Source: a virus (Duplodnaviria > Caudoviricetes). Taken from it: DNA of 64,000 nt. Position numbers and translations under genes: made by a program. Position 1 is the stretch's first letter. Every line of letters begins with the position of its first letter. Positions 8,815 to 18,881 of this stretch are shown here, one piece after another. Where the stretch lies: positions 53,598-117,597 of the IMG/VR virus record IMGVR_UViG_3300040856_002888; one strand, written 5' to 3'. Under the pieces are notes generated by a model that searched no databases, had not been told where the DNA came from, and saw only the letters and a list, made by a program, of their open reading frames with translations.

Positions 8815-9112
8815 AACGATGACGCTGAACAAAAGCTGAACTTGGACGCCGGTTCGATTCCGGCCACCTCCACCACACATTTTTCAACATACGGGGGTGT
8901 TCAGGTATTCGACAAGCAGTAAGTAGGGATGCTGAGTTATCCGGAGCAAGCTCGGTTAATGCAAGAAACTTTTATAAGTGCAAACGAAAATTTTGTACCT
9001 GGAGCATTTACTTCATTAGACATGTCAATGGCTAGTGAAGGTGAATTACTCGCAGCCTAATACGTTGTGAACTCCGCGGCATAGTCCACCGGGCAACAGA
9101 ACGGACTATCCC
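8815..9112 (+). ncRNA. ssrA: Circularly permuted (two-piece) tmRNA; outer ends approximate
   Basis: T-arm plus acceptor 3' half ...GGTTCGATTCCGGCCACCTCCACCA (ends 8875) precedes the 5' half GGGGGTG..ATTCGAC (from 8893); G3-U70 pair; tag ORF 8980-9060 ANENFVPGAFTSLDMSMASEGELLAA*. Confidence 0.92.
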
Positions 9113-9156
9113 TCCTGCTTTTTTGCTAAATATAAAAAATGATGTAAGGATATACA

Positions 9157-10566
9157 ATGTTAGCAAATGAAATTTTATTTGAAGAAAAAAAGATGTCACT
9201 TAAAGACGTTGGGGAATGGTTTCAAACCTACGACCACGGTGGTATGTTTAAACGTGGCAAAAAAGGGTTGATTAAACCTCAAGTTATAGCTGTGCAACAA
9301 TTTCTATCCGATAATGGTTTTAAATATAAGGTTAAAAATAAAGCTGGAAAAATTGTAACAGGCTTACCTAAGCCAGACGGTTGGTATGGTGCAAAAACTG
9401 CATCTGCTGTAAAAGCATTCCAAAAGCAGGAAGGTTTAAAACCAGACGGCGATGTTGGACGAAACACTCTAAAGGCTATGATCAACTTTGGGAATGATGA
9501 ATTAGATCCAGCTGGTGCACCAAGTAAGTTATCAGGCGATAATGCTAAATTAAAAGGACCAGAACACATTGAAGTACTTTATCAACAATGGGCTGATAAT
9601 CCAGATAGTAAAGATAAAATTTTTGCTCCTAAACCTGATTGGAGTGAAGATTTAAAAAGAATGGTGAAACCATTACTACAAAAAATGCAAAACGATCCTG
9701 TATCAGAAGTTGATGCACTTGGCCTTAATGGTGTAATAACTCAAAAAAATATAGATTTCTGGGTTAAAAACGTAACAAGGAGACTTAAAGATCCAAATAA
9801 TATCCGCGAACGAGAAAAACAAAGTTTACTTAATGGGTTTATGGAAGCTATTAAACATGCAAGGATAAGTCCTGCAAAAATTGCTACTGTAAATAACCTT
9901 ATTACCAAAGCAGGTTTAAAGCAACTAGGTAAAATCGGTAATGAATTGACTGGTAATAAAACCACAGATTTAGAAGATGTTAAGCACCGATTAGAACATC
10001 CTGCTACAACCGACAAAGACAAGGAAAAGATATTAGCTAGCCTCAAATTACCGCCACAGCAAATGAAAGAATTTTTAGCAAGCCTGGCTCCTGGTGTAGT
10101 AGATACCCTTGCTCCTGTTTTAAAAGGATTAACATCGGTTGGTAACATGATTAGTTCAACAATGTCAAATTTGAGTAAAACAGGAAAAGAAGCAAGAGCT
10201 AAGAATAATGAATGGGCAAAACAAAATCATGGTATGTCTTTTGTAAAACTTATTAACAGTGCAAAAAATGATCTACTTGATTTTAATAATATGAGTAAGC
10301 GTGAACTTGATCAGTATAGCCGGCGAGATTTAAGATTTATAATACCACAACTTACGAGATTAAATAAAGAAGTAACTGCGGCAGAAGAATTTTTGAAAAA
10401 AGTAAATCCCAACGATACACTGTCTGATAGAGATTACAAGATGATAAATTATTGGATGAAAGAAATTAGACTTTTTAGTACAAAACTTTCTCAACTTACA
10501 CAAAAAATTTCAGGAAAAGGAGATAGTCCGATTAGCTGGACATCATCTCCGTCAGATAGGAAGTAA
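9157..10566 (+). CDS. Protein with N-terminal peptidoglycan-binding domain
   Basis: DGWYGAKTASAVKAFQKQEGLKPDGDVGRNT PG_binding_1 motif. Confidence 0.75.
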   Translation: MLANEILFEEKKMSLKDVGEWFQTYDHGGMFKRGKKGLIKPQVIAVQQFLSDNGFKYKVKNKAGKIVTGLPKPDGWYGAKTASAVKAFQKQEGLKPDGDVGRNTLKAMINFGNDELDPAGAPSKLSGDNAKLKGPEHIEVLYQQWADNPDSKDKIFAPKPDWSEDLKRMVKPLLQKMQNDPVSEVDALGLNGVITQKNIDFWVKNVTRRLKDPNNIREREKQSLLNGFMEAIKHARISPAKIATVNNLITKAGLKQLGKIGNELTGNKTTDLEDVKHRLEHPATTDKDKEKILASLKLPPQQMKEFLASLAPGVVDTLAPVLKGLTSVGNMISSTMSNLSKTGKEARAKNNEWAKQNHGMSFVKLINSAKNDLLDFNNMSKRELDQYSRRDLRFIIPQLTRLNKEVTAAEEFLKKVNPNDTLSDRDYKMINYWMKEIRLFSTKLSQLTQKISGKGDSPISWTSSPSDRK

Positions 10567-11162
10567 TGTTAAAAAAAATAATTTATGCATTAGGCGGAAT
10601 GTTATTGCTTTCCGCTTTTACCAATCCCCAGTCTCTTGGCTCTCCTAATTTAAATGAGCTGTCTAATAAATCATTAAGTGACCTACTTCCAGCTGAAATT
10701 TATACTATCACTGAACCTGAACTAGATTGCCTTGCAAAAAACATTTATCACGAGGCACGCAATGATATGATGGCAGGACAATTTGCAGTGGCAGATGTGG
10801 TTTTAAATCGAGTGCATGACAAGCGATACCCAAATGATATCTGTTCAGTTATATATGAAGGCCCTGTTTACGAATCATGGAAGACTAAACAAACACCAGA
10901 TCCAAACGATGCTGTATTTCATCCTGTAAAAAATAAATGCCAATTTAGTTGGTATTGTGATGGCAAACCAGATGAGATAGACGATCAACAATCTTGGAAA
11001 CAGGCCCAAGCAGTTGCCTATATGTTATTGAGCAGGAATGTAATGCGTGGCATCAGCGAAGGTAGCACCCATTATCATGCTACATATGTATCCCCAAAAT
11101 GGGCCCCTACACTATACCCAATTGGTAGGATTGGAAAGCATCGTTTTTACAAATGGTTGTAA
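10566..11162 (+). CDS. SleB-like cell wall hydrolase (Hydrolase_2)
   Basis: CLAKNIYHEAR, VVLNRV, CQFSWYCDG, THYHATYV, IGKHRFY. Confidence 0.92.
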   Translation: MLKKIIYALGGMLLLSAFTNPQSLGSPNLNELSNKSLSDLLPAEIYTITEPELDCLAKNIYHEARNDMMAGQFAVADVVLNRVHDKRYPNDICSVIYEGPVYESWKTKQTPDPNDAVFHPVKNKCQFSWYCDGKPDEIDDQQSWKQAQAVAYMLLSRNVMRGISEGSTHYHATYVSPKWAPTLYPIGRIGKHRFYKWL

Positions 11163-11169
11163 AAAATAC

Positions 11170-11197
11170 TTGACACATTGAACATGTGTGTTATTAT
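11170..11197 (+). promoter_or_regulatory. sigma70-type promoter for the lipoprotein cluster
   Basis: TTGACA-16 nt-TATTAT with TG extended -10. Confidence 0.6.
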
Positions 11198-11225
11198 ATA
11201 GTAAAACCTTAACCAAATAGGAAAT

Positions 11226-11798
11226 ATGAAAAAATTATTTATTGCTGCTGTTGTAGCAACACTTGCGGCCTGTGGCGGAGGAACAACAACTGTAAAAGTT
11301 GCGACACACAAAGAATATGTACAACCAGACTGGTATCAAAATTGTAAAGATATCGATACAGAATCATCTGGTTGGAAATTTTGGGAATCTACTACTTACT
11401 ATTATAGTTGCGGTAGCAGCTCAAGTGGGTTTGAATCTGCAGCCCATATCAAATCATTACAAATTGCAAGACGTAATTTAGCAGACAGGATTAATGGCGA
11501 AATTTCAAGTGGTAGCAAAATCCGCATGAATGACATTGGCACTGAAAGCGAAATGCGCTCGGAAACTGAGACAGAAATGCTTATCGTAAATAAAATTACA
11601 GATACAGCCCTGCTACACTATTCTGAAACTGAACATTATAGTTATAAAATGGGAGGAAATTACCACTCCTTTACTATGATTAAACTTAGTAAGGAAAATG
11701 TAGACGAGATGATAGAATATGCTCAGAGACGTAAAGCAGAGAAAAATGCTACCATGCCTCAAAAGCAATTTAACACTGATAAACTTTCCCAAAACTAA
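11226..11798 (+). CDS. Lipoprotein (LPP20-like)
   Basis: Signal peptide with lipobox LAAC; PDWY motif. Confidence 0.7.
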   Translation: MKKLFIAAVVATLAACGGGTTTVKVATHKEYVQPDWYQNCKDIDTESSGWKFWESTTYYYSCGSSSSGFESAAHIKSLQIARRNLADRINGEISSGSKIRMNDIGTESEMRSETETEMLIVNKITDTALLHYSETEHYSYKMGGNYHSFTMIKLSKENVDEMIEYAQRRKAEKNATMPQKQFNTDKLSQN

Positions 11799-11799
11799 T

Positions 11800-12126
11800 A
11801 TGAAAAATTCATTCCTGTTCGGTTTGATCGCACTAGGTGCTTGTGCTAGTAATAACGTAAACACCCTAACCGAGCAGGGTGTTCCTTACTGTTACTCTAC
11901 CGAAGTAATGGTAGATGTAGAAGGAGAACTTAAATCAGCTACTATACTTGAATGTACTGATAAACCACGTGTTGAACATTTTGTAAAAGATACAGGTATG
12001 GCAGAAGATTGCCGTCCTTATGATATTGCTTATTCAGTAAAAGGAAGAGGTAGAAATGTTAAAGGATTTTTATGTAAATTTCCAGACGGTAGCTGGCAGG
12101 CTGTTGATGGCAGGTACGCTTATTAG
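11800..12126 (+). CDS. Lipoprotein (start ATG 11800)
   Basis: MKNSFLFGLIALGAC lipobox; C-terminal C..PDGSW. Confidence 0.7.
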   Translation: MKNSFLFGLIALGACASNNVNTLTEQGVPYCYSTEVMVDVEGELKSATILECTDKPRVEHFVKDTGMAEDCRPYDIAYSVKGRGRNVKGFLCKFPDGSWQAVDGRYAY

Positions 12127-12517
12127 TGCAGGTGCTTGTTCTCAACATTCAACAGCATATTATGGTGAAGAAACAACAGCTAATAGAACGAATACTGGTA
12201 ATATCTGGCATAGGGTAATGCCTAAACTTAAAGGCAGTGCCGATGCCTATGCTATTCCTTTAAAAGACAGAGATAGACACCAACGTTGTGTATTTTTTGC
12301 ATTAGAAAATCTCAATCTAGGAGAATCCTGTCGCTGGATAAGTCCTGATAGCAGTGCCAGAGGCGAAGTTAAAGTGGTATTTGTATATCCATCTGGCAGT
12401 AAAATGTGCCATGTATTTTATACTAACCTACAATACAAAGGTCAATCGCAAAATTGGCAAGATACAGCCTGCTACTCAGGTATAAACGGCGACTGGCATT
12501 TTAAAAGCAAAACCTAA
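12056..12517 (+). CDS. Lipoprotein resembling the 17-kDa surface antigen family (start uncertain)
   Basis: AGAC lipobox; ALE..GE..W..P...G.V, C..F, TAC....W pattern. Confidence 0.6.
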   Translation: MLKDFYVNFQTVAGRLLMAGTLISAGACSQHSTAYYGEETTANRTNTGNIWHRVMPKLKGSADAYAIPLKDRDRHQRCVFFALENLNLGESCRWISPDSSARGEVKVVFVYPSGSKMCHVFYTNLQYKGQSQNWQDTACYSGINGDWHFKSKT

Positions 12518-12535
12518 CAAAAAAAATTAACGGCT

Positions 12536-13408
12536 ATGAAAAATTTTATATCTACTATCATTAGTGCAGCAGTGTTGTCTGGTTGTTTAACTCCACTTGC
12601 TGATAATCATTATCGTGGGCCAAGATATGAGACAATGACTGAGAGTGGGCAAGCATATTTTGATGATAAGGGTAACATCGAAGGATTACATGCGAACTCT
12701 GATAATATTGTAGCATCAAAGCCAGGGAGGATAGTTATAGATGATACAGAAGCAAGGGTTGGAAAAGATTCGATTAGATTCGTGCTACATCCTGGAGATT
12801 GTAGCAAGACATGGAATCATGGTTGGGATGACTGTGAGCAGAAAAACGAAAGGATTGAACTGCAGATGACGTCGCGAGAACGTACTAAAGAAGAGTTCTA
12901 TACTGTTTCGTTAAAATTAGATGAAAATTTCAAATACCAGAAACCATTAAGGCACAAAACCACTGCAATAATTAATTTATATCAATTTTACACTCTTGGA
13001 GTCCAGGGTTGTTTTAATTTAGTATATCGTTATTGGGGGGAAAATGGTTTATGGATAGATGAACGATGTGCAGATCAAAAAAGTTATCGCCGTCATCGAT
13101 GGACTGAACTAACAGATGAAACAAACACTCTAAACAGATGGCATGATTTTTTATGGCACATAAAGTGGTCAACTAAGGATGATGGATTTATTGTTCTGAA
13201 GCTCAATGGTGAAGAAGTATTTACGTACAATGGCATCACAGTAATTGAGTCTGAAGAAAGCTCAAATGAGCATGATGTTAGAAATAATTTATTCATATAT
13301 CGTTATGGAAAAGAATTCCACGAAAATACAACTCCTCTCACAATGTGGGCAGATGGTATTGGTAGATATGACTCCATTGAGAAAGTTCCAGCCTTATACA
13401 AAAAATAA
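12536..13408 (+). CDS. Lipoprotein with polysaccharide lyase-like (beta-jelly-roll) domain
   Basis: LSGC lipobox; SIRFVLHPGDC, ERIEL, QF, WHDF..HIKWS..DDG...LNG motifs. Confidence 0.7.
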   Translation: MKNFISTIISAAVLSGCLTPLADNHYRGPRYETMTESGQAYFDDKGNIEGLHANSDNIVASKPGRIVIDDTEARVGKDSIRFVLHPGDCSKTWNHGWDDCEQKNERIELQMTSRERTKEEFYTVSLKLDENFKYQKPLRHKTTAIINLYQFYTLGVQGCFNLVYRYWGENGLWIDERCADQKSYRRHRWTELTDETNTLNRWHDFLWHIKWSTKDDGFIVLKLNGEEVFTYNGITVIESEESSNEHDVRNNLFIYRYGKEFHENTTPLTMWADGIGRYDSIEKVPALYKK

Positions 13409-13462
13409 GTCTATTCTATAAAACACTTAGATTTCCAATATAACATGTGAATAAATATTTAC

Positions 13463-14791
13463 ATGATATATTTTTACCTCACCCTTATCACAGCACTTTC
13501 TATTAGTGCAATTGCAATTTATTACAGTGTAGCAGGTTTAGTTGCTATTTTCTCTGCTGCAGCAATCCCTATTATAATAATGGGAGGCACACTAGAAATT
13601 AGCAAACTTGTAACTGCAGTATGGTTACACAAATTCTGGTTTAAAGCTAAATGGTGGCTTAGGACATATCTCGCTGCGGCAGTCATTGTATTGATGTTTA
13701 TTACATCAATGGGAATATTTGGCTTTCTATCAAAAGCCCATATAGAACAAACTAGTGCAAGTGAAGAGAGTGTAGCACAAGAAGAACGTATAACACGAGA
13801 AATATTGCGTTACGAAGATGCTATTACTAAGTCTGAAGCATCAATTGCGAAGTTAGAGGAAAAAGGTACTGGCGGACAAGCTGTAATACAAACGCAAATA
13901 GATAAAGAACAAGAACGTATAGATGCTGCATATGCTCGCATCCAGCCTTTGATAGATGAACAAAATCGCATCATTGCATCTGCTACCCAACTTTACCAAA
14001 CTGAATTAGCAAAGATTGATAAAAATTTAGCTCTATTACAATCTTTTATTAATAATGGAGAAATTGCTAAAGCGCAAGGCATGGTTGGTACAAAAGCTGA
14101 CGGAAAGTACGGACCTAATACAGCCAGTGCATTTACAGCCTATCAAGAGCAAAAGTCTGCAGAAAGGCAAGAATGGCTAGATAAAATACAAAATGCTTCT
14201 GATACTGATACAGTAAAACAAGCTAAAGAAGAAATTGCAAGGTTACGAGCACAAGCAGAAAAACAAATTGCGGAATCTAATCAATTAATCACATCGTATA
14301 GATCACAACTACAAAGCACAGAAGCAAAAGATGTTTCTAGTTTATTAGAAGAAGAGCAAAATAAAATAAAAAACAATAATGCAGAATTAGATAAATTATT
14401 ACAGGAAAAATTTGCATTGCAAGCAGATGTAAGGAAACTTGAAGCAGAAGTAGGACCAATTAAGTATATTGCAGAAATGGTCTATGGCGAATCAGCTGAC
14501 AAAGATATTTTAGAAAAAGCAGTAAGGTGGGTAATAATTACTATAATTTTTGTTTTTGATCCTTTAGCAGTTTTATTATTAATTGCTAGCCAATATACTT
14601 TAGAATTTATTAAAACTAAGACTTCAAATAAAAGTACAGTACTTGAAGAACAAATAGTTAATACTGAAGTTATTCAAGAACTAAATGAAAAAATTATAGT
14701 TGCCAATAACGAAGAAATTAACACAAAAATAGATAAAATAGTTGAAGAAAAGAAAAGTAACGAAGAATGGGTGAACAAGAATACTATCTAA
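13463..14791 (+). CDS. Membrane protein with long coiled coil and PG-binding-like motif
   Basis: N-terminal TM helices, GFLSKAH, ADGKYGPNT, EVGPIKY, FVFDPLA. Confidence 0.7.
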   Translation: MIYFYLTLITALSISAIAIYYSVAGLVAIFSAAAIPIIIMGGTLEISKLVTAVWLHKFWFKAKWWLRTYLAAAVIVLMFITSMGIFGFLSKAHIEQTSASEESVAQEERITREILRYEDAITKSEASIAKLEEKGTGGQAVIQTQIDKEQERIDAAYARIQPLIDEQNRIIASATQLYQTELAKIDKNLALLQSFINNGEIAKAQGMVGTKADGKYGPNTASAFTAYQEQKSAERQEWLDKIQNASDTDTVKQAKEEIARLRAQAEKQIAESNQLITSYRSQLQSTEAKDVSSLLEEEQNKIKNNNAELDKLLQEKFALQADVRKLEAEVGPIKYIAEMVYGESADKDILEKAVRWVIITIIFVFDPLAVLLLIASQYTLEFIKTKTSNKSTVLEEQIVNTEVIQELNEKIIVANNEEINTKIDKIVEEKKSNEEWVNKNTI

Positions 14792-14810
14792 ATAAATAAC
14801 TTTAGGTTAT

Positions 14811-15191
14811 ATGAGCGATATAAATTTAATTACCCCTCCTGATAAATTATATAGTAGAAATTCTTCAGTCCTATTAATAAATCCATCTGAAGGTTTACGA
14901 TTAGAATTACAAAATTTATTACAAAACACAAAACAATATTTCGATATTTATCTCTATGAGGTAAATACAGATAATCATGAATTCACATGGTTACTAGATG
15001 TTCATAGAATGGTTACCTGGTGTATCCTTGAATTAGAAAATTTACCACCTAAAATAAAAAAAATTGAATCCTATTTGATATCATTTGGTAATACCTATTA
15101 CATTACGCAAGGCGAAGACATTCTATTTAATCTTATTAGCAATAATAAAATTTACTCACTAGACCAATTAAAAGATATTTTACGAGGATAA
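14811..15191 (+). CDS. Hypothetical phage protein
   Basis: ORF with late motif upstream; LITPPD start. Confidence 0.6.
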   Translation: MSDINLITPPDKLYSRNSSVLLINPSEGLRLELQNLLQNTKQYFDIYLYEVNTDNHEFTWLLDVHRMVTWCILELENLPPKIKKIESYLISFGNTYYITQGEDILFNLISNNKIYSLDQLKDILRG

Positions 15192-15192
15192 G

Positions 15193-15447
15193 TTGGCATT
15201 CTTTAAGAAAAAAGATTATAAAAAAAATTATATATATAATAATTTATTCATTCCAGGAATAGCAGTAGTTGTTCAAAATAATAATACAGATGCTGCCCTA
15301 AGGAAATTCAAGAAAAAAGTACAAGAAGAAGGAATACTTCAAACAGTAAGGAACAAACAAGAATACGTGAAACCTAGCGAAAAAAGGAGGAAAGCAAAAG
15401 CTGCAGCAAAAGCTAGGTGGATGAAACGTCTTTATAAACCTACATAA
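15193..15447 (+). CDS. rpsU: Ribosomal protein bS21
   Basis: V.V.NNN.DAALRKFKKKV..EG.......EYVKPSEKRR. Confidence 0.88.
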   Translation: MAFFKKKDYKKNYIYNNLFIPGIAVVVQNNNTDAALRKFKKKVQEEGILQTVRNKQEYVKPSEKRRKAKAAAKARWMKRLYKPT

Positions 15448-15455
15448 GAGGCAAA

Positions 15456-16028
15456 ATGGCAATGCATTCGGAGCTTTGGTTTCCTAATGTAATCTGGTCT
15501 GCAATAGTTCATGCGGTTGATAATACTGCAATTAAAAAATGGGCATATGAGAAAAAAAGAAATGATCCTGGCAGACGAGTAAGTAATTATATTGGCTACC
15601 AATCTACTGATATCAAGCAAAAAGAAAATACAGAAATAGATACTTTGATTGACTATGTCAACAAGGAAGTGTATAATTGTTGTGAGCAAGTGGGTTTACC
15701 ACAATGTAAAATTTATAATATATGGTTAAATATAAATCCTCCTGGTGCATATAATACCCTGCATAATCATGCTGGAGCGTTATTTAGTGGTGTCTATTTT
15801 GTAGATGCCACTCCTGACATGGGAAATTTATTATTTGAAAGAGGTGACGGAGCAGAATATTTTTTACCAGACAACCAACAACAGTTAACTTACTATAATT
15901 GTAGTAAAACAATGTATGCCGCCAAAACTAATGCCCTATATATTTTTCCAGGGTGGTTAAAACATTGTGTAGAGGGTAACAAAACAAATCAGGATAGGAT
16001 TAGTTTATCATTTAATTATGGTATTTAA
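15456..16028 (+). CDS. 2OG-Fe(II) oxygenase (TIGR02466-like)
   Basis: WLNIN..G.YN..HNH, SGVYF, IFPGWLKHCV, RISLSFN. Confidence 0.88.
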   Translation: MAMHSELWFPNVIWSAIVHAVDNTAIKKWAYEKKRNDPGRRVSNYIGYQSTDIKQKENTEIDTLIDYVNKEVYNCCEQVGLPQCKIYNIWLNINPPGAYNTLHNHAGALFSGVYFVDATPDMGNLLFERGDGAEYFLPDNQQQLTYYNCSKTMYAAKTNALYIFPGWLKHCVEGNKTNQDRISLSFNYGI

Positions 16029-16048
16029 AAATTTTTTATAAATAGTTT

Positions 16049-16105
16049 TATAGCAGATGCCAATGGTGGGTCTGCTATAGATCTTGCTTAATTAAGGAGA
16101 AAAAA
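16049..16105 (+). promoter_or_regulatory. ROSE-like RNA thermometer in the dnaK 5' UTR
   Basis: Hairpin with GATGCC..GGGTC core, then TCTTGCTT able to pair with SD AAGGAGA. Confidence 0.7.
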
Positions 16106-17986
16106 ATGGCAAAAGTAATCGGCATTGATCTCGGTACCACTAATAGTTGTATTGCCGTATTAGAGAACAAACAACAAAAAATCATCGAAAACGCAGACGG
16201 TGGAAGAACAACCCCGAGCATTGTGGCATACAAGGACGATGAAATCCTAGTCGGAACAAGTGCAAAACGACAGGCAGTCACTAATCCAAAAAACACCCTA
16301 TTTGCTGTTAAAAGATTGATAGGTAGGAAACACAGTGACAAAGAAATACAAAAAGACATTAAAAAATTACCTTACGAAGTTGTTGCATCTGCAAATGGAG
16401 ATGCATGGGTACGTGCCAATGGAAAAGACCTTGCTCCACAGCAGGTATCGGCAGAAATTCTTAGAAAAATTAAAGAATATGCCGAAAGCTATTTAGGCGA
16501 AACTGTTACACAAGCTGTAATTACAGTGCCTGCATACTTTAACGACAGTCAACGACAGGCTACTAAAGATGCTGGTAAGATCGCCGGACTAGAAGTATTA
16601 CGCATTATTAACGAGCCTACTGCTGCTGCACTTGCATATGGTGTAGATAAAGACAGCAAGAAAGATATGAAGATTGCTGTATATGATCTAGGTGGTGGTA
16701 CATTTGATATTTCAATTATTGAGATTGCAGATGTAGACGGCGAAAAGCAATTTGAAGTACTTAGCACAAATGGTGATACATTTTTAGGCGGTGAAGATTT
16801 TGACCAAGCTATCCTAGATTATCTAGTTGCAGAATTTAAAAAATCAGATGGTGTAGATCTCAGCACAGATAAAATGGCACTACAGAGATTGAAAGAATCT
16901 GCAGAGAAAGCAAAGATTGAACTTTCAACTAATACACAAACAGAAGTTAATTTGCCATTTATTACTGCAACAACTGACGGTCCTAAGCACCTCATTGTAA
17001 AACTTACACGAGCAAATTACGAAGCAATGGTAGAAAAGTTGATTACAAGGTCAATTAACCCTTGCAAAATCGCTCTAAAAGATGCTAAACTACAAGCAGG
17101 AGATATTGATGAAATCATCCTTGTAGGTGGACAAACACGTATGCCAGCGGTACAAGCAGCAGTAGAAAAATTCTTTGGAAAAGCTCCACGTAAAGATGTC
17201 AACCCAGACGAAGCTGTAGCAGCAGGTGCCGCTATCCAAGGTAGTGTGCTTGCAGGTGATACAACAGATGTACTACTTTTAGATGTAACACCACTTAGCT
17301 TAGGTATTGAAACAATGGGTGGAGTAATGACAAAGCTGATTGAAAAGAATACTACTATTCCAAGTAAAAAGTCGCAGATTTTTTCAACAGCAGAAGATAA
17401 TCAACCTGCTGTAACTATTGTTGTAGCACAAGGAGAACGTGAATTTGTACGTGATAATAAGATGCTTGGCACATTTAATTTAGATGGCATTACACCTGCA
17501 CCGAGAGGATTGCCACAGATTGAAGTAACATTTGATATTGATGCAAATGGTATCCTAAGTGTAAGTGCTACAGATAAGGCAACTGGCAAAGAACAAGCTA
17601 TTACAATTAAGGATTCAAGTGGTCTGAGCGACGAAGAAGTAGAAAAAATGATTAAGGATGCAGAAGAGAACGCAGAAAAGGATAAGGCACAGAGAGAGCT
17701 AGTAGATACACGTAATTCTGCAGAAGCTGCTGTCCATACATATCAGAAAGACTTTGACGAAGTTAAAGACGATCTTACTGAAGACGAACGTACAAAGTTT
17801 GAAACTGCTGTAACAGAGCTACAAGAGTCTATTAAAGGTGAAGACAAAGAAGATATGACTGCAAAAGTAACTGCATTACATGAAGCAGTTGCTCCAGTAT
17901 TTGCTGCAAAGCAGAAAAAGACAGAAGCAACAACAGAAACAAATGATGACAATGTTGTTGAAGGAGAAGTTACTGAAGCTGCTTAA
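16106..17986 (+). CDS. dnaK: Chaperone DnaK (Hsp70)
   Basis: [36 protein letters not shown]. Confidence 0.98.
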   Translation: MAKVIGIDLGTTNSCIAVLENKQQKIIENADGGRTTPSIVAYKDDEILVGTSAKRQAVTNPKNTLFAVKRLIGRKHSDKEIQKDIKKLPYEVVASANGDAWVRANGKDLAPQQVSAEILRKIKEYAESYLGETVTQAVITVPAYFNDSQRQATKDAGKIAGLEVLRIINEPTAAALAYGVDKDSKKDMKIAVYDLGGGTFDISIIEIADVDGEKQFEVLSTNGDTFLGGEDFDQAILDYLVAEFKKSDGVDLSTDKMALQRLKESAEKAKIELSTNTQTEVNLPFITATTDGPKHLIVKLTRANYEAMVEKLITRSINPCKIALKDAKLQAGDIDEIILVGGQTRMPAVQAAVEKFFGKAPRKDVNPDEAVAAGAAIQGSVLAGDTTDVLLLDVTPLSLGIETMGGVMTKLIEKNTTIPSKKSQIFSTAEDNQPAVTIVVAQGEREFVRDNKMLGTFNLDGITPAPRGLPQIEVTFDIDANGILSVSATDKATGKEQAITIKDSSGLSDEEVEKMIKDAEENAEKDKAQRELVDTRNSAEAAVHTYQKDFDEVKDDLTEDERTKFETAVTELQESIKGEDKEDMTAKVTALHEAVAPVFAAKQKKTEATTETNDDNVVEGEVTEAA

Positions 17987-18006
17987 TTGAGTTTTTGGTA
18001 AATAAC

Positions 18007-18061
18007 AGTGGATGCCGATGGTCGGGTCCACTACTAATCTTGCTTATTAAAGGAGAAAAAA
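18007..18061 (+). promoter_or_regulatory. ROSE-like RNA thermometer in the hsp20 5' UTR
   Basis: Same GATGCC..ATGGT..GGGTC hairpin and ATCTTGCTTA..AAGGAGAAAAAAATG as in front of dnaK. Confidence 0.75.
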
Positions 18062-18523
18062 ATGACAAGACTAACTACTCTCGACTTACCTTCATATTAC
18101 AAAGCTACAATTGGATTTGATAAAATATTTGACGAATTAGAAAGAACTTTTGCTAATAGTCAAAGTAATTCCTATCCTCCATACAATATCGCAAAACTAG
18201 ACGATAATGAATTTGTTATCAGTTTAGCAGTAGCAGGGTTTACTATGGATGATCTAGAAATCACTAAAGAATCTAATGTGCTCCGTATTGAGGGATCATC
18301 GCCTAAAAGCGAAGACAAAGTGAATTACATCCATAAAGGTATTGGCTCTAGGAACTTTAGGAGAGAATTTGCTCTTGCAGATTATGTTGAAGTTATAGAA
18401 GCTAGACTTTCTGTAGGTATGCTAAACATTCGTTTACGCAGAGAAATTCCCGAAGCATTGCAGCCTAAAAAGATTGCAATTACTGCAGGAGAAGATTTCA
18501 CTATCAAATATAACGAAGAGTAA
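18062..18523 (+). CDS. Small heat shock protein (Hsp20/IbpA-like)
   Basis: IGFD, YPPYNI, LAVAGF, HKGI..RNF.REF.LA, PE..QPKKI. Confidence 0.95.
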   Translation: MTRLTTLDLPSYYKATIGFDKIFDELERTFANSQSNSYPPYNIAKLDDNEFVISLAVAGFTMDDLEITKESNVLRIEGSSPKSEDKVNYIHKGIGSRNFRREFALADYVEVIEARLSVGMLNIRLRREIPEALQPKKIAITAGEDFTIKYNEE

Positions 18524-18534
18524 TTAAATACTAT

Positions 18535-18552
18535 AGGGAGGGCGACCTCCCT
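18535..18552 (+). other. Intergenic GNRA-tetraloop hairpin (stabiliser or weak terminator)
   Basis: AGGGAGG-GCGA-CCTCCCT, no U tract. Confidence 0.55.
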
Positions 18553-18568
18553 TCAACAAGGAAACACA

Positions 18569-18880
18569 ATGACTACAGAAACAATTGAAGAAATCATAAT
18601 TGACGAAAAAATCAAACATAGCATCGAAGAACCTGGTAAGTGGAGTGTAATTTTTTTAAATGACGATCAAACCCCAATGGATTTTGTAACAGAACTGTTG
18701 ATAATTATTTTTAAACATTCAAAAGAAACTGCCGAACAAATTATGTTAACTGTTCATGAAAAAGGCAGTGCAGTTGTTGGTACCTATACATTTGAAATTG
18801 CAGAACAAAAAACTACAGAAGCGACCCTTTGTGCCCGTCAACAAGGATTTCCACTAGGAATACAAATGGAAAGGGCTTGA
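18569..18880 (+). CDS. clpS: ATP-dependent Clp protease adaptor ClpS
   Basis: VIFLNDDQTPMDFV, MLTVHEKGSAVVG, EIAEQK, GFPL. Confidence 0.93.
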   Translation: MTTETIEEIIIDEKIKHSIEEPGKWSVIFLNDDQTPMDFVTELLIIIFKHSKETAEQIMLTVHEKGSAVVGTYTFEIAEQKTTEATLCARQQGFPLGIQMERA

Positions 18881-18881
18881 C

